A DNA stretch of 64,000 nt from an uncultured delta proteobacterium (GCA_963753975.1 CAVWEH010000002.1:352001-416000), one strand, 5' to 3'. Positions 43,045 to 54,550 are shown, counted from the first letter of the stretch. Notes: generated by a model not told the origin, from the letters alone. Made by a program: numbers and translations.

Positions 43045-44199
43045 TCATTCATCGACCGGTTTAGGCGCGGCATCATCTTTGGGCTGAACCTTATTATTGA
43101 TGACCACGGCACTGCCCGGCTTCAACTTGAAATGGCCGCTCGTAACAACAATATCGCCTTCTTTGACTCCGCTTAATATAGCCACCTGATCACCGCGGGT
43201 CGGACCAACAGTAACGAGAGTTTGTCTCACGGACAACGCCTCGTACCCCGATGCATCCTTTGCTCCCTTTTCGACGATAAAAACCATTTCTCCATAAGGA
43301 TTGAAGGACACAGCAGTCTGCGGCAGCGTCAAATACCTTTGTGTACCGCCCGTTTGAATTTCGACGGCAACGTACATCCCCGGAAGTAAGTCATGCCGGG
43401 AATTGCTGATTACCGATTCCACCTGAAAATTACGCGTATCCGGATCGACTTTCGGATTGATTGTTGTAATTCTTCCCTGAAAGGAGCGCCCCGGATATGT
43501 ATCGCTTACAGCTATGATCACCTGCCCTTTTTTAATATGTCCCAGTTCCTGCTGCGGCAGATAGAAATCATTATAGAGGGCATCAAGTGACTGCAACGTA
43601 ACGATCTTATCGCCGGGATTCAAATATTGCCCCAGATTAACGGCGCTAATCCCCAGCCGTCCGTTGAACGGCGCACGAATGAATTTTTTTTCCACCAGTG
43701 CTTTTTGCTGATCCAGCTGCGCCCGTTTACTCTTCAGATCGGCCTCGTCGGCATCAAGAACGGCCCGGCTAATTGCCTGAACGGCATACTGTTTGCTGTC
43801 TCGGTCGTAGACGGTTTTCGCGAGCTCAGCAACTGCCTCCAGGGAATGCAGCAGCGCTATATCCGAATCGGCATTGAGCTCGAGAAGAAGCTCGCCTGCG
43901 CTGACATTTTGTCCCGGCTTAAAATTAATAGAACGTACCAGGCCCGCTATTTCACACGTCACATCGACGCCGCGAACGGCGCGCAAGCTGCCCACAGCCC
44001 TAAGTCGCGGCTGCCAGCTTTTGAATTCCGCTTTTGCTGCTGTTACTGTGACGGGAGGCATTTTTTGGCTGGCCATTGATTTCTTGATCATCCGCATCTG
44101 GAATGTCTTGTATCCCAAAATACCGCCGAAAATGACTCCCACTGCCAGAAGCATGATCACCATGCCCCGGATAATTTTTTTTCTTTCGTCAGAGATCAT
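43045..44199 (-). CDS. RND periplasmic adaptor (MFP)
   Basis: N-terminal TM, lipoyl half-motifs, IRAPFNG, LLPGMY. Confidence 0.92.
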   Translation of the reverse strand: MISDERKKIIRGMVIMLLAVGVIFGGILGYKTFQMRMIKKSMASQKMPPVTVTAAKAEFKSWQPRLRAVGSLRAVRGVDVTCEIAGLVRSINFKPGQNVSAGELLLELNADSDIALLHSLEAVAELAKTVYDRDSKQYAVQAISRAVLDADEADLKSKRAQLDQQKALVEKKFIRAPFNGRLGISAVNLGQYLNPGDKIVTLQSLDALYNDFYLPQQELGHIKKGQVIIAVSDTYPGRSFQGRITTINPKVDPDTRNFQVESVISNSRHDLLPGMYVAVEIQTGGTQRYLTLPQTAVSFNPYGEMVFIVEKGAKDASGYEALSVRQTLVTVGPTRGDQVAILSGVKEGDIVVTSGHFKLKPGSAVVINNKVQPKDDAAPKPVDE

Positions 44200-45752
44200 G
44201 GAGATTTCTCCTTTAAAGGGTCTGCTGTTTCGGTATCCCGCGATTCGTTATTCCACCACCCGCCGCCCAGCGCTGCAAATAGGGCTGCCGTATCCGCAAA
44301 ACGGGCCGCCTGCGCCTGAACAAGGAGTATATGAGCTTCCTGATATTGACGCTGGGCATTAAGCAAGGAAAGATAGCTCACCGCACCCAATTGATACTGC
44401 TTCTGAGAAAGGTCAAGTGATTCTTGTGCGGCCTTTTCAGCGGTCGCTTGAGCCTGTAATGTCAGTGCGTCTTCTTCCAGTGCGCGCAGAACATCAGCCA
44501 CATTTTGAAAAGACTGCAAAATTGTCAGCCGGTATTGTGCCAAAGCCTGATCGTATACCGCTATGGCTGCGCGCCTCTTTGCTGTCAGAGTCCCGCCGTG
44601 AAACAGGGGTTGCACCACTCCCGCCCCGAAATTCCAGACAATCGCACTATTGTCGAAAAGATCACTGATGGTGTTGGAAGAAAGTCCGTAGGATCCTGTC
44701 AGCGTAATTTTGGGGTAGAGATTGGCTGTCGCCACACCAATTTCTGCGCTTGCGGCATGCAGCACCGTTTCGGCAGCCTTAATGTCCGGACGCTGATGCA
44801 CTAATGATGAGGGCATACTGACAGGTAGTTCCTGTGGTAAAGACATCGACTCCAACTCAAATTCGGGAAGCTGTATTTCACTGGGAAGTTTTCCAACAAG
44901 CACGGCAAGCTGATGGCGGCTAAATGACAGATTTTTTTCCAGTGCTGGTAATACTGCTTGACTTTGCGCCAGTTCGGCCCTTTGCGCCAGGACATCAGAA
45001 AGAGATACGGCCCCGGCCTCATAGCGTTTTTCGACAAGCTCCAATTGTTTTTTCTGAAAATCGATAATTTCCCCGGTCGCACTGAGCTGCAAGCGCAGGG
45101 AAGCTTCAAGCAGCGCGGTTGTGACGATATTGGAAGTGAGAATGAGATAGGCGGCTTCCAACTGATATCCCTGATACTCCACCTGGGCATCGAGGGCTTC
45201 CAATTCCCGTCTTTGCCCGCCGAAAATATCCAATGTGTAGGAAACGCCGACTGCGACATTAAACAGATTGAAAGAATCGATCGTGACATTGGGCTCTCCC
45301 AGGGAGGCGCCGGATATTCTCTGACGGCTGGCCGAAAGGCCGACATCGATCGCGGGCAGGAGTGTTCCGAATTGAGCGTTGCGGTTTTCGCGGGCTTCGC
45401 TCAACCTCGCTTTGGCCAGTGCCACACTCGGGCTTTCCCGAAGCGCGGTTCGGATCAACTGATCCAGAGCTGCCGATCGAAACAAAGACCACCACTGGCC
45501 GGGGATATCCTGTCCCGCGATGAACCTTTGTTCTGCACCGCCTGTTACTTCTGCAGCGACCGTTTTTTCCGGCAGCTGAGACTGTGTATATCTCTCGACC
45601 GAAGGAGCGTCAGGAGCACGGAAATCAGGGCCTACGGCGCAGCCGATTAACCAGAAAGAAAAAAAAGCTGCGAGCAGAATTTGCTCCCTTTGCCTTGAAA
45701 ATACATTTATATTCATGAGAACGCTCACGATTATTATTATCCGGCCTGCCAT
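44196..45752 (-). CDS. RND outer-membrane lipoprotein (NodT/OprM family)
   Basis: LIGCAVGPDF lipobox, WWSLF, RPDIKAAE, ALGGGWW; start may be a few codons downstream. Confidence 0.92.
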   Translation of the reverse strand: MAGRIIIIVSVLMNINVFSRQREQILLAAFFSFWLIGCAVGPDFRAPDAPSVERYTQSQLPEKTVAAEVTGGAEQRFIAGQDIPGQWWSLFRSAALDQLIRTALRESPSVALAKARLSEARENRNAQFGTLLPAIDVGLSASRQRISGASLGEPNVTIDSFNLFNVAVGVSYTLDIFGGQRRELEALDAQVEYQGYQLEAAYLILTSNIVTTALLEASLRLQLSATGEIIDFQKKQLELVEKRYEAGAVSLSDVLAQRAELAQSQAVLPALEKNLSFSRHQLAVLVGKLPSEIQLPEFELESMSLPQELPVSMPSSLVHQRPDIKAAETVLHAASAEIGVATANLYPKITLTGSYGLSSNTISDLFDNSAIVWNFGAGVVQPLFHGGTLTAKRRAAIAVYDQALAQYRLTILQSFQNVADVLRALEEDALTLQAQATAEKAAQESLDLSQKQYQLGAVSYLSLLNAQRQYQEAHILLVQAQAARFADTAALFAALGGGWWNNESRDTETADPLKEKSP

Positions 45753-45966
45753 TCCCGAGGATAAGGTGATCGGGATTAATTTTCCCAGTCTTTTCGGGTA
45801 ATGACAACTACTTCCAGGATTAATTAGCTTAAAAAGTTAATCGGAACAAGGGTAGAATATCCGTAGTTTATTGGTAGGGAAACGCTCTTGTGATATCGTG
45901 TGGTTTTAGAAAACTTCGGCGCGAAATTTTTCCCCATCTGGCTTTTCCCGACAACGTTTATTCCCC

Positions 45967-47085
45967 CTAGCGGGAATTGTTGTCGTTCATAAGCAAGACC
46001 GGCTTGATAGTCTTGCCTCTCAGAGAATCATTCATCGCTCGATTGACATCCCTAAAATTATAAAATTTTAAAAGATGATCAAAAGGAAATTTACCCGATT
46101 GGTATAACTTGATCAATCGAGGAATAAATAATTGCGGCACCGCATCACCTTCGACTACAGACAGAGCCTTTTTCCCCTTCGGCACAGAATCGGGGACGTC
46201 GTCGCCGGTAAAGAAGGCTGCTGTGCCGCGTTTTTTTATCACCTTGATAGCAAGCCGTAACAGCCGGGGACTGCCTGTAATTTCGAGGACATAATCAACG
46301 CCGCCCATAATAATGCCATTAATGCTTGAGGCAACATCAGCACGCTGACTGTTGATGACATGCGTCGCACCCATCTCCAGAGCCAATTTGAGACGAAGAG
46401 GATTAGTATCTACTCCAATAATCGGACGGGCGTGAACGATCCGCGCCGCCATGACAGCGGCTAGGCCCACTGCACCTGTGCCGAAAATGGCGATGCTTTC
46501 GCCAGCCTGAACGTGAAGCATGTTCATGACGGTGCTTGCACCTGTTTGAATCCCACACCCCAGCGGCGCGAGAATTTTCAGCGGCAGTTTTTTGGAAACT
46601 TTGACTATATTGCGTTCAGTTGCCAGAATGTAGGAAGAAAATGAGGACTGGCCGAAGAAATGTCCGTGCACACCGCTTTGCTCCAAGGCATTGCTGCCGT
46701 CCAAACGGTGAAAGCCGAAATTCAGTTCGTAAAATCGGCGACATTTTGTCGGCCGCCCGCTTTTGCACGAACGGCATGTACCGCACGATTGATAAGACAT
46801 AATGACATGATCCCCCGCTCGAACAGCCTTTATTTTTTTACCAATCAGTTCAACAATGCCCGCGCCTTCGTGCCCCAAGACCTGCGGGCCGTCAGCTTTC
46901 TCCCAGTGATGAACCATGCTGATATCCGTATGACATACGCCGGAAGCGACCATTCTTATGAGAATCTCTGCATCGCGTGGGCCTTCCATACTGAGTGTTT
47001 CGATCTTAAGTGGCCCGCCTTTTTTACGCAAAACAGCGGCCCGAATCTTCCTCGGCGTCATATTCTTGAAGCGATCCATTATCAA
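45967..47085 (-). CDS. Zn-dependent NAD(P) alcohol dehydrogenase (aryl-alcohol dehydrogenase-like)
   Basis: GVCHTD, LGHEGAG, CGTCRSC...C, GTGAVG, HFFGQSSF. Confidence 0.9.
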   Translation of the reverse strand: MIMDRFKNMTPRKIRAAVLRKKGGPLKIETLSMEGPRDAEILIRMVASGVCHTDISMVHHWEKADGPQVLGHEGAGIVELIGKKIKAVRAGDHVIMSYQSCGTCRSCKSGRPTKCRRFYELNFGFHRLDGSNALEQSGVHGHFFGQSSFSSYILATERNIVKVSKKLPLKILAPLGCGIQTGASTVMNMLHVQAGESIAIFGTGAVGLAAVMAARIVHARPIIGVDTNPLRLKLALEMGATHVINSQRADVASSINGIIMGGVDYVLEITGSPRLLRLAIKVIKKRGTAAFFTGDDVPDSVPKGKKALSVVEGDAVPQLFIPRLIKLYQSGKFPFDHLLKFYNFRDVNRAMNDSLRGKTIKPVLLMNDNNSR

Positions 47086-47346
47086 CCTCCTCGCAGGCCA
47101 AAACGATAAACTTCTTTTTTTATAGTTCCCGCCGCTAAAAGCCGGAGTAACGAATTTAATAATTTATAAAATTGTTTATTGCAATACTCAAAGATAAATA
47201 GCGGATTGTCATGTCGGCATAGCGACGGAATATTCCTTTTAATCTGAGCTTTAACAATGTATAATAATTACATTAATAATGACTCGCGGCTGATTATACT
47301 TCAGGGAAACATTTTCACCATAAAGCTCAGGGGAGATTAATGGACT

Positions 47347-50300
47347 ATGGCTGTTAAACTCAAATCATCTGGTAAATCTAAATCAGCAGTTAAATCAATA
47401 TCAGTTATGAAAAAGACATTAAAAGTCAAACCATACAAAAAATCAACTTTCAAACAAAACGATTTTGCTAATCTGGCCAAAGCAATAATATCTAATGTTT
47501 CCGTCGGCATCTATATAATTCAAGACGGAAGGTTTGTTTACGTAAGCCCTCTTTTTCAGCGGCTCAGTGGCTATTCACATAGCGATTTATTAGGCACAAA
47601 CCCCCTTGATCATGTTCATCCCGAGGATAGAGAAATGGTGAGAGAAAGTGCCATAAAAAGCCTGAAAGGGAAAAACGGCGGTTATGAATACAGGTTCAGG
47701 AGGAAGAATGACGAATCAATATGGGTTTTGGAAAGGGTCGCTTCCATCACGTATAAAGGAAAGCGGGCCGTGCTCGGCAGCTTTATGGATATTACCGAAC
47801 ACAAGCGCATGGAAGAGATATTACTCCAGAGTGAAGAAAAATACCGGACTATTCTGGAAAATATCGAAGATGGCTACGTGGAGCTCGATCTCAAAGGCAA
47901 CTTTATTTTCTTCAATGAAGCCCTTTGCAGAATCCAGGGTTATCCCCGAAATGAATTAATAAAACTAAATTATCGTGATCTAATGGATGAAGAAAATGCC
48001 AAAAAAATCCGTGAAAAATATAACAAAGTATACACCACAGGTGAATCCGAAAAAGAAGTTCCCTATGAAATTATTACCAAAAGCGGAGATAGAAGATATT
48101 TAGAAACTTCGATAACCCCCATGAAAAACGCCGCTGGCCGGATATTTGCGTTTCGGGGCATTGTGCGGGACACAACCGAGCGCAAGCGAGCGGAAGAAGC
48201 GCTGCAAAAAGGTGAGGAGAAATACCGCAACATTTTGGAGAGCATCCAGGAAGGCTATTTTGAACTTGATCTTGCCGGTAATTATACTTTCGTCAATGAC
48301 GCTAACTGCTAGATATCTGGGATATACCAAAAAAGAATTGATCGGAATGAACTCCCGAAAGCTTTCAGACGATGAAAACTTTAAAAAAGCGCAACAGTAC
48401 TACTTAGAACTTTACCGGACAGGCAAACCGATAGAAAACCTGGAACTGGAGTGTATTAAAAAAGACGGAACGACGGGAATTTATGAAACTTCGGTAACTC
48501 TTATCAGGGACAATAAAGGTAAATCGGTTGGATTTCGGGGTGTTTCTCGCGACATGACCGAGCGCAAGCAGGCAGAAGAAGCGCTAAGCCAGAGTGAAGA
48601 AAGATATCGAACCATCATCGAGCAGATGGAGGACGGTTATTTCGAGACTGATCTTACCGGTAAGTTCACCTTTGTTAATGATGCAGAGTGCAGAAATATC
48701 GGATATACCCGTGAAGAATTAATCGGCCAGAATCGAAAGCTGTACACGGATGAAAAAAACGCTAAAGCGTCGGTCCGCCTCTTTATTGAAGTCTACGAAA
48801 CAAAAAAGCCGGTTACAGCATATGATTTAGAAATTACCAAAAAAGACGGGACTAAGGCCGTCCATGAAATATCCGTGTCTCTGATAAAAAATCCCAAAGG
48901 GGAAGCAATTGGGTTTCGCGGTATTTCCCGTGACGTCACCAACCGCAAGAAGCTGGAAGAAAAAATAAGACAGTCCGAAGAAAGATATCGAACCATAATC
49001 GAACAAATGGAGGACGGTTATTTTGAAACCGATCTTTCCGGTCATTTTACCTTCGTTAATGAAGCGGAATGCAGAAATCTCGGATATTCCCAAGAGGAAA
49101 TGCTCGGCATGAGTAACCGACAGTATACCGATAAAAAAAACGCTAAAATGTTAGTCCAGCTCTTTGTTGAAGTCTTCAATACAGGAGTGCCCGTTAAAGC
49201 CCATGACCTGGAACTTATCAAAAAAGACGGATCTATATCTTATGATGAAATATCCGTATCTCTCATCAGAAATTCCCAGGGTGAACCTACCGGTTTTCGT
49301 GGTATTGCCCGCGACATCACCAAACGCAACTTATTGGAAGAGAAGATCAGGCAGTCCGAGGAGAGATACCGAACCATTATCGAAGAGATGGAGGAATGGT
49401 ATTTTGAAACAGACCTAACCGGCAACATAACTTTTTTTAACGATATCTTCTCCAATGTCCTGGGATATTCCCAAAAAGAGCTAACCGGCCTGAATTTTCG
49501 AGACTTCATCAAAAAGGAAGATTTAGATTCGGTCTACAGGTTGTTCAATCAGGTTTTTAAAACAGGCAAGTCGACCAAAAATTTCCCTTATGAATTTGTC
49601 CGGCCGGACGGCACTGTCACCTCTGCCGAGTTTTCTATTTTCCCCAAACGGGACCAAGACGCCAAGATAGTCGGTTTTCGCGGAGTGGGACATGATATCA
49701 CTGAACGCAAACGCGCCGAAGAAAAGATTCAATATCTGGCCACACACGACGCGCTGACAGGGTTGCCCAACCGCTTAATGTTCAATCAACTGCTGAATCA
49801 CGCTATTCAGGCGGCGCGTCGTTATACGCGCCAGTTTGCTGTCTTATTCATTGATCTGGATCGTTTCAAGATTATCAATGACACTCTGGGCCACGAGGCG
49901 GGCGATCAATTACTACAAGAAATTGCCGCGCGCTTGAAGCAAACTCTGCGGGCAGTCGATGTTGTCGCCCGTCTGGGAGGAGACGAGTTTGTAATATTGA
50001 TTGAGGAGTTAAGCGATTTGAGTCAACTGGAAACGGTATCCCACAGAATACTTTCCGCCGTTATTAAACCTATGACACTTATAGGCGAAGAATGCCGCAT
50101 AACAGCCAGCATCGGGATCAGTATATTTCCGAAGGATGCCGAAGACGAACAATCGCTGATGAAAAATGCCGACATAGCCATGTATTTCGCCAAGGAAGAA
50201 GGCAAGAATAATTTTCAGTTCTACTCTATGGATATTCAATCAAAATCGTTAGAACGTCTGTCGATCGAAACACACCTGCGCTATGCCCTGGAGAAAAATG

Positions 50301-51037
50301 AGCTGTCTTTGCACTACCAGGCCAAAGTTGACTTCAAAACGAATGTGATAACCGGTGTGGAGGCTCTCCTGCGCTGGCAGAACCCATCCCTGGGCTCAGT
50401 CTCTCCCATGCAATTCATTCCGGTGGCCGAAGAAACAGGATTAATAGTATCGATCGGTAAGTGGGTAATGAAGATGGCGTGTGAGCAAAATGTTGCCTGG
50501 CAAAAGCAGGGTCTGCCCGTTGTTTGCATGGCGCTAAATTTGTCGCTGCGGCAACTCATGGATGAAAATCTTATAGATGATATCAGAACAGCGCTGAATG
50601 ATTCCGGCATGCCGCCGCACCTTCTCGAGTTGGAAATTACCGAAAGCATGGTGATGCAGAACCCCACGCGCATGATTGCCGTGTTAGCCAAAATCAAGAG
50701 CGTGGGTGTGCGGCTGGCTATCGACGATTTCGGCACCGGTTACTCATCTCTTGCCCAGATCAAGCACTTCCCTGTGGATACGCTGAAGGTGGACCGATCA
50801 TTCATCCGTAACATCCCCCAAGATGCCGAGGACAAAGCGATCACCGAGGCGATTATTGCCATGGGCAAAACTCTCAGTCTTACCGTCGTGGCCGAAGGCG
50901 TGGAAACTGTGGAGCAAATGAATTTCTTAAAAGAACATTCCTGCGATGAAATGCAAGGCTACTACTTCAGTAAGCCTATTGCGCCCGAACAGTTTGCCGA
51001 ACTCCTGCGCAAGCATGTTCCCTTTCCGCAAAAGTGA
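47347..51037 (+). CDS. Six-PAS diguanylate cyclase/phosphodiesterase (GGDEF-EAL), +1 frameshift at 48310
   Basis: Six PAS/PAC repeats, RAVD I-site, GGDEF, EAL, DDFGTG; removing T48310 gives NCRYLGY, matching ECRNIGY and ECRNLGY in sister repeats. Confidence 0.92.
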
Positions 51038-51153
51038 ATCTGAAGAGCAACCCGATATCTATGGTGCCTCTGTATTTGATTTTTGATTGATACCGGAAAT
51101 CAATTTTGGCCGCTCAGGTGAGCGGCCGTTATGATCACGGGCATAAGGATATA

Positions 51154-52140
51154 TTATTTGAAGCCCTTTTTTACCGCCTGGGCTTTAAATTTTTTCTCGC
51201 CGAAAATCAAATCTTGTTTTTCGATAAATACTTCCGTATCCGGCGGCACGGAATGAGTGATCCAGACGTTACCTCCGATAACCGAACGATCGCCGATAAC
51301 CGTCTCACCGCCAAGGATGGTCGCATTCGCGTAAATGATTACGTCATCTCCAATTGACGGATGGCGCTTTTTATTCCGTAAACGCTGACAGTCTTCTTTC
51401 GAGAGAGACAAGGCCCCCAAAGTGACTCCCTGATAGATACGCACATTGTTGCCTATCGATGCCGTCTCTCCGATGACTACGCCCGTCCCGTGATCAATGA
51501 AAAAGCTCTCCCCAATCTCGGCTCCCGGATGGATATCTATACCTGTGCGACTGTGAGCATATTCCGTCATGATGCGGGGAAGCAGAGGCACTTTGCTACA
51601 ATGAAGCTTATGGGCAATGCGATAAACCATTATTGCCCAGAGTCCCGGATAGCTGAATATTATTTCATCATAGCCTTTCGCTGCCGGATCTCCGTAGTAG
51701 GCCGCACGGACGTCTTTCGCTAAAAGTTCCCTTAATCCGGGAAGGCCATTCAAAAAGGTAACCGTTGTCTGATGCCCCAGATCTTCACAATTTACGCAAG
51801 GTTTATTCTGGCGAATGCATTCATGCCGTATAGCCAGAATAATCTGCTCTGAGAGTATTTCATGAAGAGCGGTAATTTGCTGACCCAAGTAATATTGCAG
51901 ATTGTTTTGATCCAGTCTCGTCTTGATGAAGTAGCCGGGATAAAGAACAAGTGCCAGACGTCGCAAAATATCGATCATGGCTTCCCGATACGGTATCGGT
52001 TCCGCACTCACATGATTGAAGCAGCCTTCCCTATTGCAGGATAATACGAGTTTATTAACAATACCCGGAATCTTTGTCCGGAAATATCTTACGGAATCAA
52101 TTTCTTCTTTACACTTTTTGTATTGGCGGGGATTCTTCAT
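51154..52140 (-). CDS. cysE: Serine O-acetyltransferase
   Basis: GDPAA, TGIDIHPGA, FIDHGTGVVIGET, KRHP. Confidence 0.93.
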   Translation of the reverse strand: MKNPRQYKKCKEEIDSVRYFRTKIPGIVNKLVLSCNREGCFNHVSAEPIPYREAMIDILRRLALVLYPGYFIKTRLDQNNLQYYLGQQITALHEILSEQIILAIRHECIRQNKPCVNCEDLGHQTTVTFLNGLPGLRELLAKDVRAAYYGDPAAKGYDEIIFSYPGLWAIMVYRIAHKLHCSKVPLLPRIMTEYAHSRTGIDIHPGAEIGESFFIDHGTGVVIGETASIGNNVRIYQGVTLGALSLSKEDCQRLRNKKRHPSIGDDVIIYANATILGGETVIGDRSVIGGNVWITHSVPPDTEVFIEKQDLIFGEKKFKAQAVKKGFK

Positions 52141-52155
52141 TAATCCAAACGCTCC

Positions 52156-53337
52156 TTATTGATTGGTACAGGCTTGCTCGGCCTGCGTCCAGTAAGGCGA
52201 CATGCCGCGCAGCCGGTCGATGATCGCCGGCATTTTATCAATAACAAAATCAATTTCTTTTTCCGTATTATAAATACTCAGGCTGAAGCGGATGGAACCA
52301 TGGGCCATAGTGAAGGGAACGCCCATGGCGCGCAGAACATGTGAAGGCTGCAGAGAGCCGGAAGTGCAGGCGGACCCGGATGAAGCGCAGATTCCATGTT
52401 CATTCATCAAGAGCAGAATCGCTTCCCCCTCGACATACTCGAAGCTGATATTTGTTGTGTTGGGCAGACGGTTGGCCGTGTCTCCGTTAACGCGGCTTTG
52501 AGGAATTTTTGTCAGAAGCTGCTTTTCCAGTTTATCTCGCAGGCGCGGGACGTAAGTATTCTCTTTTTCCATGTTTTTGGCGGCAAGTTCACAAGCTTTC
52601 CCCAATCCGATGATACTGGGCGTGTTTTCGGTACCGCCGCGGCGCTCGCGCTCCTGATGGCCGCCGATGAGAAAAGGAGAAAATTTTGTTCCCCGGCGAA
52701 TGTAGAGAATACCGATACCTTTGGGAGCATGCAATTTATGCCCGGAAATCGAAAGCATATCGATAGCATTTTTTTTCATATTGATCGGAATTTTTCCGGT
52801 GGTCTGAACGGCATCGGTATGAAAGAGAATGCCCCGTTCATGCGCCATTTGAGCCGCTGCGGCGACCGGAAATACTACTCCCGTTTCGTTGTTTCCCCAC
52901 ATAAGGCTGACAACGGCAGTATCGGGAGTCATACTTTTTTCCAGATTTTCCAAATCCAGGAGGCCATTCTTATCCACCGGCAGTTCCGTCACGCGATAGC
53001 CCTGCGTCGCCAGGTGCGCGCACAAAGCGCGAATGGCGGGATGTTCGACACGGCTGGTTACGATATGTTTTTTATCCGGACGAGTCGCCAGCGCCGAGCG
53101 GATGGCGGCATTATCGCTCTCTGTTCCGCAGCTTGTAAAAATAATTTCGTCCGGCAGCGCACCTATCAGCGCCGCCGCCTGCTCGCGGGCTTCCCGAATT
53201 TTTTGTGCCACCTGTCCGCCGAAAGAATGCATGCTGGAAGGATTGCCGTATAAGTCGCGAAAATAAGGAAGCATGGCTCGCAGCACTTCTTTGGCGACTT
53301 CGGTCGTGGCGTTATTATCGAGGTAAATTATGCTCAT
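52156..53337 (-). CDS. nifS: Cysteine desulfurase
   Basis: YLDNNATT, HTDAVQ, SGHKLH, SSGSACTS; ATGA overlap with nifU. Confidence 0.95.
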   Translation of the reverse strand: MSIIYLDNNATTEVAKEVLRAMLPYFRDLYGNPSSMHSFGGQVAQKIREAREQAAALIGALPDEIIFTSCGTESDNAAIRSALATRPDKKHIVTSRVEHPAIRALCAHLATQGYRVTELPVDKNGLLDLENLEKSMTPDTAVVSLMWGNNETGVVFPVAAAAQMAHERGILFHTDAVQTTGKIPINMKKNAIDMLSISGHKLHAPKGIGILYIRRGTKFSPFLIGGHQERERRGGTENTPSIIGLGKACELAAKNMEKENTYVPRLRDKLEKQLLTKIPQSRVNGDTANRLPNTTNISFEYVEGEAILLLMNEHGICASSGSACTSGSLQPSHVLRAMGVPFTMAHGSIRFSLSIYNTEKEIDFVIDKMPAIIDRLRGMSPYWTQAEQACTNQ

Positions 53338-54158
53338 GAAGGCACCTCCTCGATTACCAGGTCGGGCGAGACAAGCTCCCGCAAACGCTGCTCCACAAAG
53401 TTTTTCAGAGTTATATCCGAAGCCTTGCAACTGGCACAGGCCCCTCTTGTCGCCACAACTACCCGATTGCCGATCACGTCAATGAGTTCGATATCTCCGC
53501 CGTCGTGTTTCAGCGAAGGCCGAATTTCCCTTGCCAGAGTTTCCTCGATCATTCGGATTTTCTGAATATTGGTAAGTCTCTGCTTTCCCTGCCCTTTCGG
53601 TTCACTCTTCACGCGATCGATTATTTTCTGAATTTCGTCATGACAGCCGCCGCAGCCGCCCCCCGCCTTGGTATAATTCGTCACTTCCTCTACGCTGTTC
53701 AGGTTGTTCTCCCTGATCGCCTGCTCGATTTCGTTGTCTGTAACGCCGAAACACTCGCAAATAATTTTGGCTCCAGTCTCGGCCGCCGGAACCCCCCGAT
53801 AATTCTCGATTGCTTTTTCGAGCGCCTGCTTTCCCATTACGGAACAGTGCATTTTTTCTTCGGGAAGACCGCCGAGATATTTGGCGATATCCTGATTGGT
53901 CACTTTCAAAGCTTCTTCCAGCGTCATTCCTTTGATTATTTCGGTAAGCGCCGAAGAAGATGCAATAGCACTGGCACAACCGAATGTTTTGAATTTAGCT
54001 TCTTTGATTTTCTTATTCTCATCCAGCTTAAACGTCAGTTTCAGAGCATCGCCGCAGGCAAGCGAACCTACCTCGGCAACCCCATCAGGGTTTTCAATTT
54101 CGCCGACATTGCGCGGATTGAGGAAGTGCTCTTTGACCTTTTCCGTATATTCCCACAT
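53334..54158 (-). CDS. nifU: Three-domain Fe-S scaffold NifU
   Basis: IscU-like N domain (CGD, FGC, HCS), CxC...CGGC ferredoxin domain, C-terminal Nfu GACASC. Confidence 0.95.
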   Translation of the reverse strand: MWEYTEKVKEHFLNPRNVGEIENPDGVAEVGSLACGDALKLTFKLDENKKIKEAKFKTFGCASAIASSSALTEIIKGMTLEEALKVTNQDIAKYLGGLPEEKMHCSVMGKQALEKAIENYRGVPAAETGAKIICECFGVTDNEIEQAIRENNLNSVEEVTNYTKAGGGCGGCHDEIQKIIDRVKSEPKGQGKQRLTNIQKIRMIEETLAREIRPSLKHDGGDIELIDVIGNRVVVATRGACASCKASDITLKNFVEQRLRELVSPDLVIEEVPS

Positions 54159-54263
54159 AGTTTACTCCTTGAAGACCGGATCGTAACTTAATAATTTGTC
54201 TATTACCATTTAATCGTAAATAATTTCTTTAATCTTAATTAAACAAATTAAAAAACTTAATTT

Positions 54264-54347
54264 TGTCACTTCGACCGAAGGGAGAAATCTTTTAACATTA
54301 AATAAGATTCCTCGTCATCCTCCTTATGGCGGATTCCTCGGAATGAA
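54264..54347. repeat. REP-like palindromic element (family B)
   Basis: TGTCACTTCGA-CCGAAGG-GAGAAATCT...AGATTCCTC...CTCGGAATGAAA nested inverted repeats. Confidence 0.65.
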
Positions 54348-54386
54348 AAATATTTTTCAAATATTTCATTATAATCAAGTTACTTT

Positions 54387-54415
54387 TTGGTGGAGGCGGC
54401 GGGAGTCGAACCCGC
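54387..54415 (-). repeat. Displaced tmRNA 3' fragment (att core copy)
   Basis: Identical to 56925-56953 (T arm, acceptor 3' strand, CCA). Confidence 0.93.
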
Positions 54416-54460
54416 TATCCGCCATCTAACTACATAATTTAATTAATTATTTATCGCGGC

Positions 54461-54478
54461 TGCAACCGTCTTGCAACC
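54461..54478. promoter_or_regulatory. Putative integrase arm-type sites (left end)
   Basis: TGCAACC at 54461 and 54472 (11-bp period), weaker TTCAACC at 54481. Confidence 0.65.
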
Positions 54479-54550
54479 ACTTCAACCAAAAGTTACACAT
54501 AAAATATAACCTTATACCCAACATTGTCAATGTAAAAAGGAGGGGATAAA

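Noticed and set aside
48301..48320. Programmed frameshift or stop readthrough in the PAS-GGDEF-EAL gene (and the RND and pirin genes)
   Set aside because: There is no slippery heptamer or obvious stimulatory structure, and a single inserted base explains each case, matching the window-wide error pattern.
51154..54158. Nitrogen fixation cluster
   Set aside because: nifU-nifS-cysE without nifHDK in this window fits the known housekeeping NIF-type Fe-S system of many anaerobes.
54387..54420. A separate tRNA gene
   Set aside because: Only a T arm and acceptor 3' strand are present, identical to the tmRNA 3' end; there are no D or anticodon arms.
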